DNA of 64,000 nucleotides from Candidatus Heimdallarchaeota archaeon (GTDB taxonomy: Archaea > Asgardarchaeota > Heimdallarchaeia > Heimdallarchaeales > Heimdallarchaeaceae): assembly GCA_019894795.1 (NCBI GenBank), contig JAGXNV010000001.1, forward strand, positions 10,996 to 74,995, written 5' to 3'. Made by a program: the position numbers and the translations under genes. How positions within the stretch are numbered: the first letter of the stretch is position 1; the number at the start of each line of letters is the position of its first letter. Of the stretch, positions 9,042-19,168 are shown piece after piece. The notes under the pieces were generated by a model. The model ran no database searches. It had not been told where the DNA came from and worked only from the letters and a program-made list of their open reading frames with translations.

Positions 9042-9671
9042 TTATTTTATAAGTTCAATGCCTTGAGATGAAAGGGTGTAATACCCTTCTTCATCGTTGT
9101 ATTTTGCTCTCCACAATTTTTTATTAACATGTTCAAGCAAGATATTATAATTAGAATAGTTTGTTAATATTGAATTTGCAATTGGACGAATAATTTTTTG
9201 ATTATTTTCTCTATAAACGCTGACTTGATTTGTTAACACTATAGACAAACCAATTTTTTTGCTAATCATTTGCAAATAAGCCATCTGAAGAGATAATGAT
9301 TTATTCCACTTAGTTTCTTCTTCATTTAATGAATTAAATCTGAAATGATTGGTAAACCCATTGATTCCAACAAAAAACGGCTTTTCCTTTTTAAAAAAAC
9401 TATGCAATTTCATTAATGTCCTGATCTGATTCGCTTTATCTGCTACTCGTAAAACAATTATATCATGCAATTCAATATCTCTCCCAAGTGTTATTTCGCG
9501 GAGTCTACTTGCGCTAAAGTTTATTTCACAATCAAGAATAAATGCCTTGTATCCTTTCTTTAATCCTTTACAGAGATGGTAAAGCATAGTAGTTTTACCT
9601 GAATTTGGAGGCCCCGCTATGTGGGTAATACCCTCTGCTATTTTTGATTTTTCAAGAAATTTTGAAAGCAT
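9042..9671 (-). CDS. RecA-superfamily ATPase (RadB/KaiC-like)
   Basis: The Walker A context is ITHIAGPPNSGKTTMLYHLC. The length is 209 aa with the layout of a RadB-like core. Confidence 0.6.
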   Translation of the reverse strand: MLSKFLEKSKIAEGITHIAGPPNSGKTTMLYHLCKGLKKGYKAFILDCEINFSASRLREITLGRDIELHDIIVLRVADKANQIRTLMKLHSFFKKEKPFFVGINGFTNHFRFNSLNEEETKWNKSLSLQMAYLQMISKKIGLSIVLTNQVSVYRENNQKIIRPIANSILTNYSNYNILLEHVNKKLWRAKYNDEEGYYTLSSQGIELIK

Positions 9672-9809
9672 ATTTTTATCACATATTTTCTTTTTCTTAC
9701 AAAATTAGTGCTGTTTTTATCTATATTAAACCTTTGACTAAATTTTTAAACATAAAAACAATAGATTTTTCTTCATTTTATATTTTAAAAGAAAGCTATG
9801 AAAATAATT

Positions 9810-10073
9810 TTATGCAATTAGGATATATAGAATGAGAGAGACAAATATTATGCCTATACCTTTGCCAATAGCCGTTTCATTTCTCTTTCTTTCCTTATAG
9901 AGAAATGCTTTACTGGTTTTTTCAGTTGTAATCATTAAACCAATCCATATCCCTAATTTTGTAATATAGATTAAAGTAATATTCAGAATTGAAAGAAGGG
10001 ACTGAAGTAAATCGTTGCTAATGTCAGTAACCATTAATCTCATTATGCTATTTACATTAGGTTTTATATACAC
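9810..10073 (-). CDS. hypothetical small membrane protein
   Basis: This 87-aa ORF has two hydrophobic segments and runs in the same direction as both neighbours. It has no homology support. Confidence 0.3.
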   Translation of the reverse strand: MYIKPNVNSIMRLMVTDISNDLLQSLLSILNITLIYITKLGIWIGLMITTEKTSKAFLYKERKRNETAIGKGIGIIFVSLILYILIA

Positions 10074-10124
10074 ATCAAATTATGAACCACTTCTTCCTCT
10101 CAAAGTCTATCCGTTCTAATGTTG

Positions 10125-10910
10125 CTACTTTCTTTTGATTTGGAGGGTTTTGGGCATTCTTCTCTTATGTTGGCTATTTTCTATTAATTTTTTAATACGA
10201 ATAGATTGCTCTTTTACTAGTTGCAATTCTTTGATAAGAACTTCTTCTATCCCGTTGCTTTCTAAACCTATTAGGAATCTGTCAAGTTTTTCATAGGATA
10301 TCCCTATCTCCTTTTCATCCGTTTGTCCTTTCCATAAACCTGCTGTAGGTGGTTTTGTGATGATTTTATCGTTTACGCCTAATTTTCTGGCAATCTCATA
10401 TACTTCTGTTTTATATAATTGACCGATTGGCCATATATCTGCAGCCAGATCACCAAATTTCGTTCCATATCCTATTGATATCTCTGATTTGTTCGATGTC
10501 CCTACTACTAATCTGTTTTCCAAGTTTGCTATAGAATACAAAATTATTGCTCTAATTCTTGCCTTTAAGTTCCCTTTAGCTAAAGGGTTATCTTCCACAT
10601 CTGGTAGCAATTGAAAAGCACCGTTTAACATTGGTGATATGTTAATTGTTCGTAAGAGAATGTCCAAATCATCAGCTATAGACTGTGCATCGTTTGTATG
10701 GATTATATCAAGCTCCTCTTCAGGTAAGTGAACTAAGGCTACTTTATCTTTTCCCAAGGCATTTGATGCTAAATATGCAATGATTGCAGAATCAATCCCG
10801 CCACTCAACCCTATAACCACTCCTTTTGTATGTGAATTACTTATTTCATCTCTTATAAACTGCGTTGCCAATTCTATTATTTCAGCATAATTCTCAATAA
10901 ATTGAACCAT
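10125..10910 (-). CDS. nadE: NH3-dependent NAD+ synthetase
   Basis: It carries the PP-loop GLSGGIDSAI, plus GTSNKSE and the C-terminal QHKRRMP typical of NadE. Confidence 0.85.
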   Translation of the reverse strand: MVQFIENYAEIIELATQFIRDEISNSHTKGVVIGLSGGIDSAIIAYLASNALGKDKVALVHLPEEELDIIHTNDAQSIADDLDILLRTINISPMLNGAFQLLPDVEDNPLAKGNLKARIRAIILYSIANLENRLVVGTSNKSEISIGYGTKFGDLAADIWPIGQLYKTEVYEIARKLGVNDKIITKPPTAGLWKGQTDEKEIGISYEKLDRFLIGLESNGIEEVLIKELQLVKEQSIRIKKLIENSQHKRRMPKTLQIKRK

Positions 10911-10989
10911 GTTTCTTCATTCCTTAATAGCTTGATATATTTGTTGTTTTTAAATTTTCAGAAATGAAAAACCTCCCAAAAACTGTAAA

Positions 10990-11065
10990 TGGAGCCTCGA
11001 AGGGGGATTGAACCCCTGACCTTTACCTTACCAAGGTAACGCTCTACCAACTGAGCTATCGAGGC
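10990..11065 (-). tRNA. tRNA-Thr (anticodon GGU), CCA encoded
   Basis: I folded the cloverleaf by hand: acceptor GCCTCGA/TCGAGGC, D stem GCTC/GAGC, anticodon stem TTACC/GGTAA with loop TTGGTAA, T arm AGGGG-TTCAATC-CCCCT, discriminator U, then CCA. Confidence 0.9.
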
Positions 11066-11209
11066 TTACTTAATAAAGTGCGACGACTGAAATTTTTAAA
11101 AGTTGTGTTTTGTGTAGAAGATTTCATGTTTGTGATAAAATCCACATAGGGCGAAAAGTCTAAATATACTATCTTTAAAATCCTAACAAATTAATTGTTT
11201 CGTGATATT

Positions 11210-12274
11210 ATGAAAAAGCGTTCAATTGTATTACTATTTATCTATCTGTTCTCTACGACAAATATGTTTTTGTCTATACCACTAAATGCGGATACTACCA
11301 TTGAATATGTTATAATGTATGATGAATATCATGGACAATTCTTTGACCGAGAGTTGATGAGCAAAGCTCTTGATTCACTTAATGAATTAATAATATATAA
11401 CAATGAAACTAAAGAAAGAGTTGAAATCAAAATTGATTTGATATTCAATAATGAAACAGCATTTAATTCTACAAATCTTCAAGGTGTAGATTTGCTTATA
11501 ATGACGAATTTTGGCTTTGAAGAGGAGAATAATCTGTTACTTTCAGAAAGACTTGCAATACTTGATTTCATGGAACTTGGTGGTTCTCTTTTTGCATTGT
11601 GTAACCCCTTGTCTTATGATGTGAACATAACAGGTAATCCTGTACCACTAAATGTGTTCCTTAATGAAAGAGATTCAGCCCTAACTACGGCTCGAATACG
11701 AACCCCTAATACGGTTAACTCAACAGTATTGGTAGATGATTTCTCACACGTTTATGAAAATAATACCTTTATATCATTAAAGAACTACGAAAGCGACCAC
11801 ACAATCTTTGAACAGGAAGTTACAATATCTAACTTAACACTATATTCGAGCTCAATTGAATTGGGGAACGAGCTTAGAGACGTTGCTATTGGCAGAACAC
11901 TTAACACGACCTATTCCGTAAGTGAACCCTATGAAATTTTCAGAGACCCCGCAACTGGTTTTCTAACTTGGTTCCTATCTCAAAGTGTAGGTAATTCAAG
12001 ATTTGTTTTATCTGGTTCTACAATCATGTTTAGTGATCTAGATATCATTGATGGTGAGAAATGGATCGACCAAGATCAAAACTTGGACCTCTGGAAAAAC
12101 ACAATTCTGTGGCTTCTACGATATACTCCTCATCCAGAATTACCTGCACTTCCGTTGCTGCCCTTCTGGAGCTATGCCTTAATTGTTGTAGGTATTGCAG
12201 TAATAATCTTTGGAATGTCAGTATTGTTATACAGATATCGAATTAACAAAAAGACTGAGTTCAAAGTTAAATAA
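11210..12274 (+). CDS. secreted, C-terminally membrane-anchored protein with a possible GldG/IFT52-type (GIFT/DUF4350-like) domain
   Basis: A signal-like N-terminus (MKKRSIVLLFIYLF) and a C-terminal TM segment (YALIVVGIAVIIFGMSVLLY) flank the protein. The segment GVDLLIMTNFGFEEENNLLLSERLAILDFMELGGSLFAL resembles the GIFT/DUF4350 core. Confidence 0.4.
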   Translation: MKKRSIVLLFIYLFSTTNMFLSIPLNADTTIEYVIMYDEYHGQFFDRELMSKALDSLNELIIYNNETKERVEIKIDLIFNNETAFNSTNLQGVDLLIMTNFGFEEENNLLLSERLAILDFMELGGSLFALCNPLSYDVNITGNPVPLNVFLNERDSALTTARIRTPNTVNSTVLVDDFSHVYENNTFISLKNYESDHTIFEQEVTISNLTLYSSSIELGNELRDVAIGRTLNTTYSVSEPYEIFRDPATGFLTWFLSQSVGNSRFVLSGSTIMFSDLDIIDGEKWIDQDQNLDLWKNTILWLLRYTPHPELPALPLLPFWSYALIVVGIAVIIFGMSVLLYRYRINKKTEFKVK

Positions 12275-12334
12275 GAGTCATATCTCATACGATAAAAAGT
12301 GGAGTATAAATATTCAATTTTATTTAGTTTATTA

Positions 12335-13621
12335 ATGGAAAACAATAGAATCGTCATAAAAAATGACAAAGAATCATCATTAATCTCTTCTCTACTTGAA
12401 GGAGCTTCGGAAGTCAGTGATTTCCGTTTAGCTATCAATCAATTTTCAAAGACTAAAGTTACCAATCTTTTTCGGGATAGTTTTTCCAAATTTTCTTCTG
12501 GAGTGAAGGCAAAAATTACAGTTACTTTCAACAGATATTTTTTTAATGACACAAAAATCGATATAAATGAATTCTGGCGATTTGTCAATTTCAGGAATTT
12601 TTGGGCTGAATTGAGGAAGTTCCATGATATTGTTTATTCGCGAGATATGAGTTTGAATGAGGTTCTCAAGTATTTTGATAGAACACTCAACAGTACAAAA
12701 TCTCGATTAAATCTAAATTTCTTAGAAAAAAAGATAATTGAAAAGCTTGGAAAAACTCCCTCTGCCCTTTACAAACAAATAGCTGATGATTTAGATATAT
12801 CGGAGAAAAAGGTGAGTGTAACTCTTCAAGAATTAAACCTACGCGGCATCTATCTCGGTAGCTTAATCTCTTACAACTCACTTAATTTGTATGAATTTTT
12901 CTCTTTTAATCGAGTGGACGATTTTGGAGAAAATGTTGTGCTTATTGATAAATTCGTTCTCTTCCCAAATTTGAGGATAACGCATGGAATATTACCAATA
13001 AAAAAGCATGGGCCATCCTTCTATTATGTCAAGGATAAGAAGGTATTTTTCAATTATAATGTCTTGAACCAAGGTTTATCTATTCAAGATTGGAAAAAAC
13101 ATTCCTCTTTTTCTAAGCGAAAGAAATTAGTTGTTCAGACTAAAAACCCCACATCTGGGAGCATTTCTTCTGATAAGTATCCCTATATTACTCAACTATT
13201 GCGAAATTGTGAACTTGATTTCAAACGACCAAATGTACGGGACATTGCAGGATCCTATGATGTTTCCTCTAGAACACTTTTTAGAGTTAAATCTAAATTA
13301 ATAGAGGAACAAATCATTCAACCCAATTTGATGGTAGAAAACACCGATATGCTTCAAATATTTATTGTTTCGAAATCCGAATTAGTTGAATTGTATAATA
13401 AGGTACCTTTCATTAGTTCTTATCAAATTTCTGATGATTTTGGTGAGATAAGTTGGCTTTCTTACCTATCCCTTTTTATACCGGATTTCAAGTATCTATA
13501 CTCGCAGTTTAACCGCAGAACAGAGATTTTCCAGGTAATTGATAGGCAAATCACTGATTTAAATATTGATACTAACTCAACTGAATTTTTACATGCCAAT
13601 CACAAAATTTATACAAAGTAA
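12335..13621 (+). CDS. putative transcriptional regulator with two HTH/winged-helix segments
   Basis: One segment is EKKIIEKLGKTPSALYKQIADDLDISEKKVSVTLQELNLRG. The other is ITQLLRNCELDFKRPNVRDIAGSYDVSSRTLFRVKSKLIEEQII. Both resemble Lrp/AsnC-TrmB type HTH. The start is uncertain (GTG 12299 or ATG 12335). Confidence 0.45.
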   Translation: MENNRIVIKNDKESSLISSLLEGASEVSDFRLAINQFSKTKVTNLFRDSFSKFSSGVKAKITVTFNRYFFNDTKIDINEFWRFVNFRNFWAELRKFHDIVYSRDMSLNEVLKYFDRTLNSTKSRLNLNFLEKKIIEKLGKTPSALYKQIADDLDISEKKVSVTLQELNLRGIYLGSLISYNSLNLYEFFSFNRVDDFGENVVLIDKFVLFPNLRITHGILPIKKHGPSFYYVKDKKVFFNYNVLNQGLSIQDWKKHSSFSKRKKLVVQTKNPTSGSISSDKYPYITQLLRNCELDFKRPNVRDIAGSYDVSSRTLFRVKSKLIEEQIIQPNLMVENTDMLQIFIVSKSELVELYNKVPFISSYQISDDFGEISWLSYLSLFIPDFKYLYSQFNRRTEIFQVIDRQITDLNIDTNSTEFLHANHKIYTK

Positions 13622-13637
13622 AAGAAGTTGTCATTAT

Positions 13638-15758
13638 ATGTCAAACCAACGCTCATTAAAGGAAATTGTTGATATTATATCATCAGAAGCTGGCTTAGGA
13701 AAAGAAGAAATTAACCAATTAATCAACAACAAAATGGATGAATTAGGAGAGTTTGTTACAGCTCTAGGTGCAGCTCATATTGTTGCAAGAGAAATGGGCG
13801 TTGATCTTTCCTCTGAGCCAAAAGTTGCCGTCCCTCCTATGATAAGTGTAGATCAACTTGTACCCGAAATAACTAATGTTAACTTACTTGGTAGAATAAC
13901 TAGGGTTTATGATCAATTTACTTTCAAGAAGAAGGATGGTTCAGATGGGGTTCTTCAATCCATAATTTTAGAAGACAAAACAGGTACTATTCGAGTTGTA
14001 TTCTGGGATCAAAAAGCCGCTGAATTCCAAAATGGAAATTGTAGTGCTGGTGATCCAATTCGTATTTTAGGCGCATATACTCGTAAAGGAAAAGATGGTT
14101 CGACAGAGGTTCATTTAGGAATTAGAAGCCATCTTCAGATCCGACCTTCTGGAATTGATGATGAGAATTTACCTAAATCTAAGACTTCTTTCTCTAAGAT
14201 TAGCGACATGAAAGGGAACGAGGTCGATGTCTCAATTAAAGGAAAGGTCACTCAAATTGATGATATTCTCGAATTTGAACGCTCAGATGGTTCTAAAGGA
14301 ACAAAGAGAGGTTTAATTGTTGGAGATGAAACAGGAGAAGTTCTTGTGAACTTCTGGAATGAAAAATCAACCCAAGTAGAGAATTTGAAACTAGGTGCTG
14401 TTATTACCGTAGTTGGTTTGTCATCCAAAATTGGTTTGAAGGGTTTGATTGAGCTTCATTCTAACCGTTTTACTAATTTCACTAAGGAAGAAACTGCAGC
14501 TGATTTTATGGTTAAAAAAGGCTTAGTAGGGACGATGCAGAAAGAAGGCATTAAAATTGCAAAATTAAATGAGATTTCAGATATAAATCAACTTATATCA
14601 GTTAAGGGACTTATTATAAACGTAAACACTGTACATGAATTTTCAAGAGAAAGCGGCAATAAAGGAAAAGTACAAAACATCACGATATCAGACGATTCAG
14701 GGCTTATGCGAGTAGTTCTATGGGATGATAAAACAACCCTAATTGGTTCAAATGACACTGATAAAATGTTGAGTATAGTTAATGGCAATACAAGAAAAGG
14801 TCGTTTTACTGACATCGAAATTCATTGTGGAAATCAAACACAAGCTGATCTTGATGAAGTTGATATGGACATTATCAAGCAATATCAAGTAGCTTTTGCT
14901 AATCTTGCAGATATTACTCCTGAGGCAAGTGATGTGAACATAAGAGGCGCAATAACTGAACTTAATCCTGTTCAAGAGATTACTACAAAAGAAAATGAAA
15001 CTATTAAACTCCAAAGTTTTAAAATTAATGATCAAACTGCAGAAATTAAAATCACATGCTGGAGAGATAATATACACAAATTGGCTGATCTAAGTGCAGG
15101 AGAGAGGATTGAAATTTACCAAGCGAAGGTGAAAGAAGACACTGGATATGGGCATGAACTTACTATAACTGGAAACTCTTTTTTAAAAAAAGCTATACAC
15201 AATGATATGACACCTCAAGGTTTTGTTCCTAGTTCAACAATCTCAAATTTAGGTTCACAAATTATGTCAATAGATGACATAGAAGATATTAAGGAGGATG
15301 AAACTGTTACAATTCAAGCTACCGTTGTAAAACTAATTGAAAAACAGTTTGTATATCCACTCTGTCCTGAATGTAAGAAGAAAGTTCAAGTGCAAGATAA
15401 ACTTTACATCTGCAAAGATCATGGCGAGATTGAAAAACCAACTAACAAGATATTATTCTCATTTATTGTGAATGATGGCACAGGAAATATCAATATTTTA
15501 TGTGCTGGAAAATTAGCTGAAATGCTAATTGGAATGTCAGCAGATGCTGTTTCAAGAATGGTAGTAGAGCAGGAATCAGAAAAGGCACCATATTCAATAT
15601 TAAGGAATAAAGGTTTCGAAAATTCTGAACTAATTATTAATGGTAAAGTCAATAAAAATCAATACCTTAAAAGTTTGGAAATAATAGCAAAATCCATCGA
15701 AGAAGTAAGATATAAAGATGCTTCAAAAAATTTAGTTAAACAAATTTTTACTGAATAA
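13638..15758 (+). CDS. replication protein A (single-stranded DNA-binding protein) with multiple OB folds and a zinc ribbon
   Basis: It has the N-terminal helical module ...LGAAHIVAREMGV. Repeated OB-fold units follow (GRITRVY...F, GKVTQID...F, GLIINVN...F, GAITELN...). The zinc motif is CPECKKK...CKDHG. The ATG is at 13638. Confidence 0.8.
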   Translation: MSNQRSLKEIVDIISSEAGLGKEEINQLINNKMDELGEFVTALGAAHIVAREMGVDLSSEPKVAVPPMISVDQLVPEITNVNLLGRITRVYDQFTFKKKDGSDGVLQSIILEDKTGTIRVVFWDQKAAEFQNGNCSAGDPIRILGAYTRKGKDGSTEVHLGIRSHLQIRPSGIDDENLPKSKTSFSKISDMKGNEVDVSIKGKVTQIDDILEFERSDGSKGTKRGLIVGDETGEVLVNFWNEKSTQVENLKLGAVITVVGLSSKIGLKGLIELHSNRFTNFTKEETAADFMVKKGLVGTMQKEGIKIAKLNEISDINQLISVKGLIINVNTVHEFSRESGNKGKVQNITISDDSGLMRVVLWDDKTTLIGSNDTDKMLSIVNGNTRKGRFTDIEIHCGNQTQADLDEVDMDIIKQYQVAFANLADITPEASDVNIRGAITELNPVQEITTKENETIKLQSFKINDQTAEIKITCWRDNIHKLADLSAGERIEIYQAKVKEDTGYGHELTITGNSFLKKAIHNDMTPQGFVPSSTISNLGSQIMSIDDIEDIKEDETVTIQATVVKLIEKQFVYPLCPECKKKVQVQDKLYICKDHGEIEKPTNKILFSFIVNDGTGNINILCAGKLAEMLIGMSADAVSRMVVEQESEKAPYSILRNKGFENSELIINGKVNKNQYLKSLEIIAKSIEEVRYKDASKNLVKQIFTE

Positions 15759-15791
15759 TGCATTTTAACCCTCTATACCTTTCAGAAATCT

Positions 15792-15809
15792 AAAAGAGGA
15801 TTCTTTTTT
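15792..15809 (+). terminator. short hairpin plus T-tract after the RPA gene
   Basis: AAAAGA-GGAT-TCTTTT is followed by TTG, about 35 nt after the RPA stop. Confidence 0.3.
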
Positions 15810-15869
15810 GTGTTTGGCTTAATGTCGAAAAGCTTATTAATAGTTACATGACTGCTTCAACTGGTTGCG

Positions 15870-15980
15870 ATGGATTTCACTATATTACTAACTGTAACTA
15901 TAATCTTGGTTATTGTAGCAATTATTTTCGCATTATTCTATCATGCTTTTAGCATTGGGAAAGAAGAAGAAACAGAATAG
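15870..15980 (+). CDS. possible 36-aa single-TM micro-protein
   Basis: The translation is MDFTILLTVTIILVIVAIIFALFYHAFSIGKEEETE, a hydrophobic helix plus an acidic tail. It is below the ORF-track length cutoff and has no further support. Confidence 0.25.
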   Translation: MDFTILLTVTIILVIVAIIFALFYHAFSIGKEEETE

Positions 15981-15986
15981 TTTCTA

Positions 15987-18881
15987 CTATATTTCTAATA
16001 TCATACCCTTTTTCTTATTGTAAACTTTTACAATTGTTACTATAGTACCAACTAGAACACTAGAACTAGAAACAATTGGAACAACTATGCTTGAAATAGC
16101 ATTTGTATTCGATTGTTTAACTCCAACTAAATCCAAAATTAGATAACTTCCTTTAGCTATGTCAACATTAGATAACAAAACATAAAGATCATTTACCTGA
16201 AGTTCATAAGGCTCTGATACATCCTCATCTCTACTTGAAAATAGTTGCCATAGATACTCAGATGTTGAATAACTTTCATTCAAGTGATAAATCAGTGAGA
16301 TGTTTGTGTAACTTTTGGTTTTTGCATCTATAATAAAATGTATTTTTATTTCATCATTCTTTTCTTCAATACTTGTTAAAATATCGGGGCCCGTTGTTTC
16401 AATGATTAACTTATGATTCAAGTTGCTCTTTTCAGTTTCAATTTCCCAATAAATTATATTATCGTCCCAAAAAACTGGGATGCGTAATGTTTCTGCTTCG
16501 ATATAAGCACTTAAGATAGGAGCCATTTCTTCCTTTATAATCACAAACCATCTATCATGGTTTTCTGGATATTGAACAGTATAATCTAAGGTTATATTAT
16601 CAGAGCTTGCTTTTACTTCTCCGTCTTGTACTATATTCGCTTGTAAGTCGCTGAATTGCGCTATATAATGTTCTGTAAAAATTGGGCTATATTTATTAAT
16701 CACCGAGTAATTGATATAAATCTCCTTTTGATTCAAAGGTAGTTGTACCTCAAAAGCATATCCTCCAAGATTATCTGTTATTCCTGTAATAGTGCCTATT
16801 GTTTCTACATCTACTTTGATTGGCGCGTGGCCAACTGGAAAATCATTTGCAGTTATGCTAAAATCAAACTTATAATGTAATAATGTATCTATTTTTGTAT
16901 AGCTAAAAGTAGAATCAAAAGAGCTCTCAGTAACGTTTATTTTAATTATATTTAAAATTGAAGCATGCGTTTCCGATGTTACAAGCATATCTAATATAGA
17001 TTCTCCAACTTCAAGATAGAACGCTGATAGATATAATTTAAACATGTTTTCTTGAATTTCAACTGGAATTTCTTCATTATTTAAATATGCTATAATAGAC
17101 GGTTCTTCAATTGCTTGACCACTATTAAGATCTAAATAATTAATGCCTATCTCTTGAAGTGCAAATTGTGGAATTTCTGTTTGATCTATTACTATTAATT
17201 GTGCTGGTAGACGTAATAGATTGATTGTTGTGCTTGTATAACCTATATAATCTGTTTCTATTGCAATAAATATTATATCAAATATGCCGTTTTGAACCCA
17301 TGGGGGAAAATTAAGATTTAAATTTCCATTATCTATTTGTCCCTTCATTGAACCTTCCTCAATTCCTGACCAGAAAACTATGACCGGCACAGTATCTAAT
17401 GGTTGATTGAATTCAAGAGTTGCATTTATCATTTCAAACATAGTAAATTCAGTGAAAGTCGTTCTGTTTATCAAATTTTGAATATCAAATTGGCAGATAA
17501 GATCTGTTGTTCCTTCTATTTTCAGTAAGGTTAAAACTGTTTGATTTTCATTTATATTTTCAATACTCTGAACCTGAAAGTTCTCAACACTCCCATTCAG
17601 AGACCAAGTTTCAGGATAAGTAATACTAACTTGATCGATTTCTGCGCTTATTTGGTTTGTTGTTATCAGATATGAAAGCACGCTATCGCCAAAAACTTGT
17701 ATATTTTTATTAAACGGAATTTTTATTACGCCCGTTATATTTAGGGTGTATTCGGACCTAATTTCAAAACTTGAATTATGACTCCAAATTAATTCAATTT
17801 CGTTGTTCAAATTTGTTTCATTCACATCTGCAATAATCTCAGAAGCTCCAGAATTTACACTTATCGAATTAACTGGAAAACCATTTACTTCGAGATTAAT
17901 GTCTTCAGGTGATACAGATGACTTCACTTGAAAATTATCAATAAGCATCGAACACTCAGAATATTCGGGGGATATGACATAAAATCCTATAGATTTTAGC
18001 ATGGTAGGCAGATATGGGTTCCCTTGCTCAAAAAAGTCTAATATATTAAGAGAGTAAGAATTCCATTGATCGTCCCAACTACTGTTTTCTAAAAACCTGT
18101 AAACCACAAATGGTATGGTTGTATTTTCACCAATCTCAGGTGGATTGATATTTGTGTAGTGCCAATGAATTACCATAATCCTACATGTATCAAAGACTAA
18201 GTCTAAAATTAGAGAGGAATTGATAATATTTTGTAACGATGAATTAGATTCTAACAGATAGTTGTAGCTTATTGTCGTATCGTTTTGGTAGAGCTTAATA
18301 TTTTCTTGGTACAATGAATAAGTCATTGTTTCAGTGTTGCTTGAATAAAATTTCCACACGTTGTCCCCTTCTATACTCCTTGGGTCAGTTATTCTTTCCA
18401 AACTCAAACCTGCTTGTATGGCATTATCTGAGTAGAAAGACTGCAGTGTTTCAGCTCCGGAGTTCTGTAGATATTGAACTTCCATATTTGTAACTTCTCC
18501 TTCCAAGTTGTATATTCCTTGATTTGGAACAGAAATGATTGAGTTTCCATCCTCGATATTTCCTTCTATCAATCCTCCAGTATAATTTGCCTCAAGGCTA
18601 ATTCTTGGACTAAAACTGTCGAGTGTCTCCGTAAGAGAAATATTATTCTCCTCCCAAATCCCCTCTGTGTTGCTAATTACCTGTTCTGTATTGTAATCTA
18701 TACTCTTTTGATAATTATTTATGTCAACATTATTATCTAAGTCAATCACTATTGGTGCATTATTGTTGTTCCAATCATCATTGTAAACACTTGTTCCATG
18801 GTTTATTGATAAGAACCTTTGATTAATTATTGATAACCCGACAATGACCCAAATGACAAACAACAGTTTTGTGTATTTCAT
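15987..18881 (-). CDS. large surface protein: N-terminal signal/anchor, C-terminal TM anchor, very rich in N-x-S/T sequons
   Basis: This is a 964-aa protein. The N-terminus is MKYTKLLFVIWVIVGLSII. The C-terminus is VLVGTIVTIVKVYNKKKG. Many NxS/T sites are present (NISL, NYTG, NDTT, NSSL, NTTI, NETN, NHSS ...). Confidence 0.6.
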   Translation of the reverse strand: MKYTKLLFVIWVIVGLSIINQRFLSINHGTSVYNDDWNNNNAPIVIDLDNNVDINNYQKSIDYNTEQVISNTEGIWEENNISLTETLDSFSPRISLEANYTGGLIEGNIEDGNSIISVPNQGIYNLEGEVTNMEVQYLQNSGAETLQSFYSDNAIQAGLSLERITDPRSIEGDNVWKFYSSNTETMTYSLYQENIKLYQNDTTISYNYLLESNSSLQNIINSSLILDLVFDTCRIMVIHWHYTNINPPEIGENTTIPFVVYRFLENSSWDDQWNSYSLNILDFFEQGNPYLPTMLKSIGFYVISPEYSECSMLIDNFQVKSSVSPEDINLEVNGFPVNSISVNSGASEIIADVNETNLNNEIELIWSHNSSFEIRSEYTLNITGVIKIPFNKNIQVFGDSVLSYLITTNQISAEIDQVSITYPETWSLNGSVENFQVQSIENINENQTVLTLLKIEGTTDLICQFDIQNLINRTTFTEFTMFEMINATLEFNQPLDTVPVIVFWSGIEEGSMKGQIDNGNLNLNFPPWVQNGIFDIIFIAIETDYIGYTSTTINLLRLPAQLIVIDQTEIPQFALQEIGINYLDLNSGQAIEEPSIIAYLNNEEIPVEIQENMFKLYLSAFYLEVGESILDMLVTSETHASILNIIKINVTESSFDSTFSYTKIDTLLHYKFDFSITANDFPVGHAPIKVDVETIGTITGITDNLGGYAFEVQLPLNQKEIYINYSVINKYSPIFTEHYIAQFSDLQANIVQDGEVKASSDNITLDYTVQYPENHDRWFVIIKEEMAPILSAYIEAETLRIPVFWDDNIIYWEIETEKSNLNHKLIIETTGPDILTSIEEKNDEIKIHFIIDAKTKSYTNISLIYHLNESYSTSEYLWQLFSSRDEDVSEPYELQVNDLYVLLSNVDIAKGSYLILDLVGVKQSNTNAISSIVVPIVSSSSVLVGTIVTIVKVYNKKKGMILEI

Positions 18882-19168
18882 TTCATAATTTTATCTAAAC
18901 TTCATATTAAAAACAGCACATTTTTTTTTACTTTTTTCTAATTTTAGAGTATATGATTCGTATATTTATTTAGTATTGGAGTTTAAAAGTTAAACCTCTT
19001 TATCTCAAGCTAGTTCTTTTGAATACTTTCGGTCATCTGCCTCTTTTCGCTAGAAGTGTCAGTTACAGTTAGTTCAACACATATTAAACTTAATTTGATG
19101 GTTGTTTGAACTTTGTTTCAATCTTAACAATTTTCAATAGTTTTGCAGGCATTGTTGTTTTGAGTCAG

